Below, in pieces: positions 16,507 through 23,953 of a stretch of 25,764 bases of DNA (positions within the stretch are counted from its first letter, which is position 1; every line of letters starts with the position of its first letter). This DNA comes from an uncultured Candidatus Babeliaceae bacterium. Its GTDB lineage: Bacteria; Babelota; Babeliae; Babelales; Babelaceae. Location: the NCBI GenBank assembly GCA_964638315.1, contig CAZWYO010000018.1, positions 1-25,764 on the forward strand. The letters run 5' to 3'. The translations under genes were made by a program, and so were the position numbers. A model generated the notes under the pieces. That model made no database searches. It saw only the letters and a list, made by a program, of their open reading frames with translations, and was not told the origin of the DNA.

Positions 16507-17232
16507 TCATGCCACTTGATACGAGACTCGGACAATCCCTCCCTTACACTTGACCTTGGTCACCTCCACGCGCCCAACGGCAGACGAGACAGACACATGT
16601 GTCCCACCACAGGGGCACGAGGCGAACTTCCCAATATGAACAACACAGACCGGCTTGCCAGCAGGAAGATAGTCTGGAACATGCAGACAGACCTTTTCAA
16701 GCTCGTCGCGCGCCATAAGAGCGCTCGTAACAGGAATATTCTCTTTAACCAGTGCATCCACATTTATCTGTAGCTCTTGCTGAAAAGTCGCGCACTCTTC
16801 AGGCGTCATAGTGGCCACATATTCGACATAGGGATGGTCGGGAAAATGGTACCCCTTGCCATTAGTAAGCGACCGTCCCGTGTTTTCCATCGCAACATCG
16901 AGCAGGTGGCCTGCAGTGTGCAAACGGCTCAATAGGTTCCGACGTGCGGTATCAATGCGTGCGGTAACCGCAGCTCCCTGGCCAAATGAGCCCGAAACAA
17001 ATTCACCAAAATGGTAGACGATCCCATCCGCAAACCGTGCATCATCAACCCTAAAAACACCCATGTCCCCAATGATTTCACCGTGATCTGCGGGCTGTCC
17101 GCCACCTTGAGGATAGAAGACCGTTCGATCGAGTATGACCGCTCTTTTGCCGTCCCGCTCGACGACATCAACGACCTGTGCGGTCGTCGCGGCTATGTCC
17201 CAATTGTTAATGTAGAGTAATTCTGTTTCCAT
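16507..17232 (-). CDS. AlaX-like tRNA editing protein (Ala-/Thr-tRNA synthetase second additional domain hydrolase)
   Basis: Zinc-binding editing motifs HTAGHLL (HxxxH) and CPCGGTH (CxxxH). Start trimmed to METELLY. Confidence 0.7.
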   Translation of the reverse strand: METELLYINNWDIAATTAQVVDVVERDGKRAVILDRTVFYPQGGGQPADHGEIIGDMGVFRVDDARFADGIVYHFGEFVSGSFGQGAAVTARIDTARRNLLSRLHTAGHLLDVAMENTGRSLTNGKGYHFPDHPYVEYVATMTPEECATFQQELQINVDALVKENIPVTSALMARDELEKVCLHVPDYLPAGKPVCVVHIGKFASCPCGGTHVSVSSAVGRVEVTKVKCKGGIVRVSYQVA

Positions 17233-17473
17233 AGTAGTAATCCATCCTCTGCGTGAATTCAAAAGTACCATCACCTGACCCGGGATCAAATATGCCAAAT
17301 TTATACACTAAAGAAAAGGGGCATAAATCAAAACAAAACAGCTGTATTTATTGGGGCGATCCGCGAGAGGTATACCTTTATAACAGCTGAAATGAAACAA
17401 TAACGCAAATAATGGCCCGACACCGTTGGTTACCCCAAAGATACCGGGCCACATAAAAAATTAAACCCGCACG

Positions 17474-18367
17474 TTACTCTTTTACTGCGATAAACTTGAG
17501 GCTAGAGATCGGCAGCTCTTTAGTGCCGAACCACTTCTCATTTACGGAGAAATCCTCGTCAACAATCGTCACCTTAAACCCAAGCTCCGTCAAACGATCA
17601 ATGTACTCCTGCTTACTTATCGCACCACTCACGCACGCGCAGAGCAACTTGGTATCCCTTTTCTGTTCTGGTGTGAGTGATCCAGTCAACACCACATCCG
17701 AGATCGCCATGGCCCCATTCTGTTTGAGAATGCGATGGATCTCCTTGAACACCTTCATCTTATCGGGCGCCAGATTGATAACGCAGTTGCTGATCACCAC
17801 ATCGACGGTACCGGTCGCAACAGGCATGTTTTCAATGTCCCCAAGCCTAAACTCAACATTGTCATACCCATACTTGACGGCATTAGCGCGTGCTTTTGCG
17901 ATCATCTTCTTGGTCATGTCGATGCCAATAACTTGTCCCGATTGACCCACCTTGCGCGCAGCTAAAAAGCAATCAAACCCTGCACCAGATCCCAGATCGA
18001 CAACCGTCGAGCCAGACTTAATTGGAGCAAAACTTACTGGATTGCCGCACCCAAGACCCAAATTAGCATCAGCAAGGTCATCGATCTCCTCGCGCGAATA
18101 ACCAATCTCTTCAGACAGCGCGGCGCCACCGCCACAGCATCCGCCCCCCAGACAGCACATGCCACCCTCGTCCGCTACTTTGCCGTACTCTTGCTGTATG
18201 ACCGCTTTGAGATCAGCACTGCTAGCGGGAGCTTTCTGCTCTGTCTGCTTCACCGCTTTTTTACCACAACAGCCTCCAGGACAACAGCAGCCAGACATGG
18301 TGGCTAGAGGAAAACTACACATGACAAAACAGACCGATACACGGCTCAGTTTGAAAGATATCTTCAT
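17474..18367 (-). CDS. ArsM-family SAM-dependent methyltransferase (arsenite methyltransferase-like) with N-terminal lipoprotein-type signal peptide and Cys/Gly-rich extension
   Basis: GLGCGNP, SAM motif VVDLGSGAGFD, VEFRLGDIE, VVISNCVINL and CACVSGA are collinear with bacterial ArsM. AAGGAG lies 6 nt before the ATG at 18367, giving leader MKISFKLSRVSVCFVMCSFPLATMSGC followed by CCPGGCC … MCCLGGGCCGGG. Confidence 0.75.
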   Translation of the reverse strand: MKISFKLSRVSVCFVMCSFPLATMSGCCCPGGCCGKKAVKQTEQKAPASSADLKAVIQQEYGKVADEGGMCCLGGGCCGGGAALSEEIGYSREEIDDLADANLGLGCGNPVSFAPIKSGSTVVDLGSGAGFDCFLAARKVGQSGQVIGIDMTKKMIAKARANAVKYGYDNVEFRLGDIENMPVATGTVDVVISNCVINLAPDKMKVFKEIHRILKQNGAMAISDVVLTGSLTPEQKRDTKLLCACVSGAISKQEYIDRLTELGFKVTIVDEDFSVNEKWFGTKELPISSLKFIAVKE

Positions 18368-18465
18368 ATAAAACTCCTTGAAAAAATGGATTAGCCCGCT
18401 TACGAGAACTATTCTCTTCAACCTCCCACACCCTCCACAATACTACAATCAGGACGCCCCCCCAC

Positions 18466-18963
18466 CTAAATTACCCCAGCAGTTATCTGCTTTCTCAAAA
18501 CAACGCCACACCTTTCAACCACTTTATGCGATTGAGCGCGGCCCATGTCGGTCTTTAGGAACGCCGTGTACTTATACAAAAATTTTTCCTCGGAGATACG
18601 CTTGCTATTTGCGAGCACGCTCGCCACTGGACCGTTCTCCCATACCTTCGCAGCGTCCGGAACATCTCCCAAAATGGTTGGCCTCAGATAGGCAACCACC
18701 GATGGTGTAATAGAGTTGGTGCGTGCAGCATATTCGAGAATACCCATCATGTTGCAAAAATGTTGGGGGACTTTCTCCTGCCCAAACATCTTCGCCACGG
18801 TTCCGGGGAACCAGACGAGAAAATGGAATACCGCCTCGTACGTCTCCTCAGAAAAGAAGGCCCCCGGCGCCTCATTCACAAGTACTTTCTCAACACCTGC
18901 AAGTTGCCCAACTGCAGAAGACATACTGAGCAAAAAGAGTAGAACAAAAGTTTTCCGCGCCAT
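18466..18963 (-). CDS. Secreted hypothetical protein (166 aa)
   Basis: GGGAGG lies 6 nt before the ATG. Signal peptide MARKTFVLLFLLSMSSAVGQLAG. No recognisable domain. Confidence 0.55.
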   Translation of the reverse strand: MARKTFVLLFLLSMSSAVGQLAGVEKVLVNEAPGAFFSEETYEAVFHFLVWFPGTVAKMFGQEKVPQHFCNMMGILEYAARTNSITPSVVAYLRPTILGDVPDAAKVWENGPVASVLANSKRISEEKFLYKYTAFLKTDMGRAQSHKVVERCGVVLRKQITAGVI

Positions 18964-19135
18964 CTTAGGCCTCCCACACCTGATACAAAACGCACACCTA
19001 AAAACACAAAAAAACTCACGTACTCGAGCATACCACAGTGCCAGTTCAACAGCCAAACCTTGCCTCGCACTAGAAAAAAATGATCTCACGAGCTATAATA
19101 ATAGCGTATATAAGTCACTTTTTTGGTATTAAACC

Positions 19136-19720
19136 ATGAAAAAAATATGGGTCGCATCAACAAACCAATCAAAGATCGATGGAACTCGCATGGCGTTTGA
19201 GTTGCTCTATCCAGGCGCTGAGTTTACCGCGATAGGTCAAAAGATCCCCTCAACAGACACTAAAGTACTTTGGCACGGAGAGCTCGTCGAGCAGCCACGA
19301 ACTGACGAAGATACTAAGCATGGGGCATTCGCGCGCCTTCAATATCTCATGGATATCAGCGTAACGCATAGCCAAGAACCGGATTTTTATGTCGCAATCG
19401 AGGCGGGTGTTGCACCGTACGGAGATGGGCTTATTGCTTCTTCCTGGGCAGCGGTATCAAATGGGGTTAATACAGAATCATACGGAAGATCCCCTAGCTT
19501 TATCGTCCCACCCCGTGTTGTCGAAGAGATGCAAAAGGGGCATACCATGCTCGAGGCATGCAAAATCGTCTACCCTCCGCATATGAATCCCAATGCAAAA
19601 GACGGACTTATCGCAATTCTTTCTGGTGGCGTAATCACCCGAACAGATCTCTCGGCCCAAGCAGTTATGATGGCGCTGTTGGAGGTTAAGAATCGTGCGT
19701 TGTATGGGAAATACGCTTAA
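19136..19720 (+). CDS. YjjX-like inosine/xanthosine triphosphatase (DUF84/NTPase_I-T family)
   Basis: MKKIWVASTNQSKIDGTRMAF, FYVAIEAGV and GGVITRTDLSAQAVMMALL align with E. coli YjjX MHQVVCATTNPAKI… / …WVAIEAG… / …LTR…QA…AL. A TATAAT lies at about 19093. Confidence 0.65.
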   Translation: MKKIWVASTNQSKIDGTRMAFELLYPGAEFTAIGQKIPSTDTKVLWHGELVEQPRTDEDTKHGAFARLQYLMDISVTHSQEPDFYVAIEAGVAPYGDGLIASSWAAVSNGVNTESYGRSPSFIVPPRVVEEMQKGHTMLEACKIVYPPHMNPNAKDGLIAILSGGVITRTDLSAQAVMMALLEVKNRALYGKYA

Positions 19721-19829
19721 ATCATGCAAAAATGCTTTGACAAGCCTATGCTGCACCTCTATAATAAAAACTGAATTAGCGCCATAGATCGTTGATACCA
19801 TATAACCTAAACCATCAGGAGTTTTATTT

Positions 19830-20303
19830 ATGAAATTGTCTATCAAGAGACTTTTATTAATCAGCATTTTCAGCATTCAGTTATTACCAATGGCCGCTGA
19901 GGCAATGCAAGAAAAAGAAAACCCACCGAAGAAAGAAGAACCAAAACCATGGTTGCATCAACGCTTATATAATGAGTATAGAGAACAACCTACTTGGGTC
20001 CAAGTAGCAGGGGCTGGCCCCGCCTGTTTAGCTCTCTACTCCGTTCCTGTGGGATTTTTTAAAAATCTTTTGTGCTTAGTCTTTGGAATCAAGCCAGGAA
20101 CATCCACCACCTTCGATACGAGTAAATCGATCGCTGAACCCTTTTACAAAAATCTTCCCCCAGTTATACAGGTCCCAATTGCCTTATGTATCTTGCCGCT
20201 CATTGGTAGTGCTGTTGAAACTGGCTACACTCTTAAATCAGTTGGGAAGGCTATCGGAACTGTGGCTAAAAATGTCGCGACCGCAGTGCAGGGCAAAAAC
20301 TAA
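19830..20303 (+). CDS. Secreted/membrane hypothetical protein (157 aa); cargo of a small insertion
   Basis: AGGAG lies 9 nt before the ATG, with a TATAAT at about 19760. Signal peptide MKLSIKRLLLISIFSIQLLPMAAEA, two further hydrophobic segments and an Ala/Gly/Val-rich C-terminus. Confidence 0.55.
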   Translation: MKLSIKRLLLISIFSIQLLPMAAEAMQEKENPPKKEEPKPWLHQRLYNEYREQPTWVQVAGAGPACLALYSVPVGFFKNLLCLVFGIKPGTSTTFDTSKSIAEPFYKNLPPVIQVPIALCILPLIGSAVETGYTLKSVGKAIGTVAKNVATAVQGKN

Positions 20304-20328
20304 TAAACAACGACCATTACATAAAGAG

Positions 20329-20420
20329 CCTGGTGAACGATTACGCGGACAGATCTCTCGGCACAGGCGATTGTCATGGCGCTGTTAAAAGCAAATAATG
20401 GGGATTTGTACGTAAAATAG
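20329..20420 (+). pseudogene. Displaced duplicate of the last ~26 codons plus stop of the YjjX-like gene
   Basis: It encodes ITRTDLSAQAIVMALLKANNGDLYVK* versus the gene's ITRTDLSAQAVMMALLEVKNRALYGKYA*. Nucleotide identity is about 70-75% with many synonymous changes, and an in-frame TGA lies just upstream. Confidence 0.7.
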
Positions 20421-20433
20421 GGCTAAAAAACAG

Positions 20434-21051
20434 ATGGTTACTATGCGAGAGCAAAACACAAAAGTAGTTATCTTCGATGTTGATGGCGTTCTGATTAACA
20501 GCACAGATGCATTCGGCAACTACCTGTGGAAAAAAGACATCGAAAAAGATCTCGGGATAACCCCCGATCAAGTAGAACAGATTTTTTCTAACGAGTGGCC
20601 CGCGGTAATCAGAGGGCATATTGATACAAGACAGCACTTTGAGAAAAGGCTCACAACATTGCAGCTAGAGCTTCCAGTTGATACGTTTATGGACTACTGG
20701 CTCGAGCATGATACAAATATTAACAGAGAAATAATACCGGAAATCGAAGCTATCAAGGGCATAAAACTCTATATCGGCACCAATCAAGATCCATATCGGG
20801 CGGCATTCCTGCAAAAGAAGTTTGCCAAATATTTTGATGGAATGTTTGCCTCGCATCAGATTGGGTTTATCAAGCCGGAGCCAGAATATTTTGAATACAT
20901 CGAATCACACCTGAACATGCAAGCCGCTAATATTGCCTTTATTGATGATTCTCTGTCCAACATTCAGGCGGCTATACAGCGTGGGTGGATATGCCATCAT
21001 TACCAAAATATCGAAGGGTATAGAGATTTTATCCGGTCTTGTGCCCACTAA
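20434..21051 (+). CDS. HAD-superfamily hydrolase, subfamily IA-like
   Basis: Motif I VVIFDVDGVLI, motif III K in FIKPEP, motif IV IAFIDDSLSN. Confidence 0.75.
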   Translation: MVTMREQNTKVVIFDVDGVLINSTDAFGNYLWKKDIEKDLGITPDQVEQIFSNEWPAVIRGHIDTRQHFEKRLTTLQLELPVDTFMDYWLEHDTNINREIIPEIEAIKGIKLYIGTNQDPYRAAFLQKKFAKYFDGMFASHQIGFIKPEPEYFEYIESHLNMQAANIAFIDDSLSNIQAAIQRGWICHHYQNIEGYRDFIRSCAH

Positions 21052-21112
21052 AACATCGCCCGCTTCAACCCAAAATACTCAGTCTTGCGCTCACCACTTT
21101 TCAGATCTTCTC
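21048..21112 (-). pseudogene. Displaced duplicate of the last ~20 codons plus stop of the NUDIX gene at 23491-23949
   Basis: Positions 21048-21110 match 23491-23553 with 3 mismatches. The minus-strand reading encodes EDLKSGERKTEYFGLKRAMF* versus the gene's DDLKNGERKTEYFGLKRARF*. The copy's antisense stop overlaps the HAD gene's TAA. Confidence 0.75.
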
Positions 21113-21163
21113 CAAAATAGCCCCAGCCCAGTAATATTTACGCGGCTGCGCGGCCTATCCTAC

Positions 21164-21192
21164 TTGACAATTATAATTATTATGGTTATTAT
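21164..21192 (+). promoter_or_regulatory. Sigma70-like promoter candidate, TTGACA-17 bp-TATTAT, in an AT-rich low-complexity tract upstream of the ankyrin-HExxH gene
   Basis: TTGACA at 21164-21169 with TATTAT at 21187-21192. The surrounding ATTATAATTATTA tract is of low complexity, so the hexamers may be fortuitous. Confidence 0.25.
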
Positions 21193-21255
21193 AATTATTA
21201 TAATTGCATTACATTAAGATATAAGATTCAATAAAATTGGGATCCGTGGAGAAAT

Positions 21256-23448
21256 ATGAAAAATTTTACCAAAATAACAGCATTAGCAATCCTATTTTGC
21301 ATTGCAATGCAAACGCATCCTGTGATAGATACTACTCTGAAGGTCATTGGTGCTGGAACAAGTGCGATAGGCTTTATAGCTGGAATAACGATAATGGCAA
21401 AAGAGTACATCAATGACAATCAGAAGCAGTATACAGAAACTATATGGCACGCGCTGATGGGGACGGTTGTAGCTGAAGATTCGAGCCAGTCAAGCTATTT
21501 TTTAAAGATCAAAGACCTGCTCTGCCCAAAACCCCGGGGGAGATACGTGCGAAACAAAAAAAAGAGTAAGGAAATTATTAAAGATGCCATCAATAATGGG
21601 TTGGATATCAATCAGGAGTGTAATTTTGGGTACTGGTCTGAGCTTCCTCTTCATGAGGCTGTTCGACACGAAAAAAATATTTCAATCATCAAACTTCTTC
21701 TCGATAATGGCGCCAAAGTGAACCTAAAAAACGCCCGAGAGGAATGTCTATTGCATAAGGCCGCCGACATAAAGGTTGTCGATTTTCTTCTATCCAAAGG
21801 GTGTGATCCAAACCTTCAGAATGCCCGTGGCCAGACAGCGCTGCACTATTTCCTCACTAGACAGAGCGGTCTAGTGATAAGCAAACTCCTTCTCGCCCAC
21901 GGTGCCAGATGCGACATCAAGGACCGGCACGGAGATACGCCGCTCCATCAGATCCTCAAAAAAAAGAATTCACCAGACCACCTCGAGTTTATTGCATTAC
22001 TTCTCAACCAAAAAGATTGTGATTCAAATAGCCAAAATATGGACGGACAGACTGCCTTACACCTTGCCATAGAAAACCACCAATATCAGCTTGTTAAGCT
22101 ACTAATCGATCATGGTGCCAATCCGCTCATAAAAAACAAAAACGGAAAGACTGCATTCGATCTTAGCTGTTCGACGCTCATACAGGGCGAACTACGGAGA
22201 GGACTAAACAGCAAGTATGAGGTCGACGATACAGTAACCCATCAGGATATTACAGACATCAAACCATTTGCATCGGAAAAAGCAGCAACCGACGCATATC
22301 GGCAGCTTCAGGAAGAGATAAAAAAACATGGACATACGTCGTTGATAGTCGACAAAATGCTTCTTTTCTGTCAACGACTAATGCGTTATAAGGTTATGAT
22401 AGATATTGCAAAACAAAAGACCTACACCCAAACACTCGGCCTCAGTATAAACAAAGCCGGCTACATTACCATGAAACTGCTTCCTCAAACCATTGATCGC
22501 GCACAAACGGGAGTAAACGGTAGTAAATTGACCGAGATAAACGAACAAAATACACTCCTGTTCATGTTAAAAATCGACAAAAACAGAACCACTACACGTA
22601 ACCGACTTTATGCGCTACAACAAAAACGCGTTAACCACGCACCCAACAAGTCGGCGAAGTCTTTCTTCCCCGAAATCTTCATAGATGATGAGACAGTTGG
22701 AACTAACGCATCTGGCATATATCGCACACAAGAATGCGTAATCTGGGTAGCTGAATGGGCGCTGTATACGGATGACTGGGTTCTTACCGTCATGCATGAA
22801 TTTCTCCACCACCTACAATATATTACCGGCCGAGAAATGGGTGGTTCTGATGGTGCACCAGTAAAAAACGATGATGAACTCGCAGAATCTTTCGGCGAGA
22901 TCATCAATGAGTATTTTGCTGAAAAAGGAAAAATAAAACTCGCCCCAGATAAAGAGAAACTCCTTGAAAAATTGCGCGCAGAAATAAAACCGAATAAATA
23001 TACACAAAAACAGATCGTTGATAAGTTGCTATGCGGCTTACCATACTTTTCCCAACTCATGAATTACGCGGTACTGCTACACGAACAAAAAAAGAAAAAT
23101 CCCAATACAGCACTTCAAGAACACGAAAAGGCCATACTCACGTGTTATGAGAAGCTTTGGCCTGAGATAAATAGGCGTATAATATGCGCTACAAAAAAGA
23201 TGGAAAAAGTCGATATCTGCGCAGAGAATGCAACTCGCTGCGAAGAACTTGCATTCAGGCAACACACTAAGAAAAAAGATTTTGAAAAATATACCAACAA
23301 AATAAAAGGCAAGCTGCGCACCTACTACGCTAAGAAAAACAAGCTTACATACGAGCTGCAGAAAAAGATCGATAAAGCAAGGAACTATCGTTACGGTAGC
23401 AAAGGATTTTTAAAACTCAAAAAAGAGCTCGGCCTCATACCAAGCTGA
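21256..23448 (+). CDS. Large ankyrin-repeat protein (730 aa) with N-terminal hydrophobic leader/TM and C-terminal HExxH zinc-metallopeptidase-like domain
   Basis: N-terminus MKNFTKITALAILFCIAMQT plus a second hydrophobic segment. At least six ANK repeats (LPLHEAVRHEKNISIIKLLLDNGAKVN … GQTALHLAIENHQYQLVKLLIDHGANP). The C-terminal half carries VMHEFLHHLQY (HExxH) followed by acidic DDELAESFGE. Confidence 0.8.
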   Translation: MKNFTKITALAILFCIAMQTHPVIDTTLKVIGAGTSAIGFIAGITIMAKEYINDNQKQYTETIWHALMGTVVAEDSSQSSYFLKIKDLLCPKPRGRYVRNKKKSKEIIKDAINNGLDINQECNFGYWSELPLHEAVRHEKNISIIKLLLDNGAKVNLKNAREECLLHKAADIKVVDFLLSKGCDPNLQNARGQTALHYFLTRQSGLVISKLLLAHGARCDIKDRHGDTPLHQILKKKNSPDHLEFIALLLNQKDCDSNSQNMDGQTALHLAIENHQYQLVKLLIDHGANPLIKNKNGKTAFDLSCSTLIQGELRRGLNSKYEVDDTVTHQDITDIKPFASEKAATDAYRQLQEEIKKHGHTSLIVDKMLLFCQRLMRYKVMIDIAKQKTYTQTLGLSINKAGYITMKLLPQTIDRAQTGVNGSKLTEINEQNTLLFMLKIDKNRTTTRNRLYALQQKRVNHAPNKSAKSFFPEIFIDDETVGTNASGIYRTQECVIWVAEWALYTDDWVLTVMHEFLHHLQYITGREMGGSDGAPVKNDDELAESFGEIINEYFAEKGKIKLAPDKEKLLEKLRAEIKPNKYTQKQIVDKLLCGLPYFSQLMNYAVLLHEQKKKNPNTALQEHEKAILTCYEKLWPEINRRIICATKKMEKVDICAENATRCEELAFRQHTKKKDFEKYTNKIKGKLRTYYAKKNKLTYELQKKIDKARNYRYGSKGFLKLKKELGLIPS

Positions 23449-23490
23449 TACCAATTTTTGTGCACGATCCGCACCCGGGTAACCATGCAA

Positions 23491-23949
23491 CTAAAACCTC
23501 GCCCGTTTCAACCCAAAATACTCAGTCTTGCGCTCACCATTTTTCAGGTCATCCCAGTCAAGATCTTTGATGGGCGCTGGGAAAACGATTTCGCTTGCCA
23601 GCTCTTCTTTGCCGTACCAGCCGACGTTCACGATGCCCTCAATCTTGGCCTCGTCAGTCTCAATAAGTTCACCACCGACCAGGTCACACAAAAACCAGAA
23701 TTTGAACATCCGGTATTTTTCGGTTAAGAGATCCTCCACAAACAAAAGATTGCCCACATGGACCTCAAGCCCCGTCTCTTCCATCACCTCACGCTTGACG
23801 GTATCGACCAGGTCTTCGCCATGGTTGGCGCCCCCGCCGGGGCCCAGCAAAAAAGACCCACCGCGTCCATCGGGACACCGGTTCAGCAGGATCTTGCCGT
23901 CATGTATGATAACCGCCGAAGCGGCGATACGCACTATTTTTTCCATCAT
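23491..23949 (-). CDS. NUDIX hydrolase (Nudix box GGGANHGEDLVDTVKREVMEETGL)
   Basis: Nudix box present. Start trimmed to MMEKIVRIA, and the gene is tightly coupled to the upstream gene (which ends at 23954). Confidence 0.75.
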   Translation of the reverse strand: MMEKIVRIAASAVIIHDGKILLNRCPDGRGGSFLLGPGGGANHGEDLVDTVKREVMEETGLEVHVGNLLFVEDLLTEKYRMFKFWFLCDLVGGELIETDEAKIEGIVNVGWYGKEELASEIVFPAPIKDLDWDDLKNGERKTEYFGLKRARF

Positions 23950-23953
23950 GCCC

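Noticed and set aside
17414-17450. GGCCCG…CGGGCC hairpin as the terminator of the ArsM-like gene
   Set aside because: The stem is only 6 bp with a 25-nt loop and a weak U-tract on the minus strand. It was not reported as a feature.
18420-18431. Shared CCTCCCACACC motif upstream of the two minus-strand genes at 18367 and 18963 as a regulatory element
   Set aside because: It is the reverse complement of an SD-like GGTGTGGGAGG. At 18420 it abuts a TTG with no spacer, so it is probably a fortuitous purine-rich similarity.
22608-23060. 150-aa minus-strand ORF inside the ankyrin-HExxH gene
   Set aside because: It is antisense to the HExxH-containing region of a long ORF with a clear domain structure. 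It is a shadow ORF.
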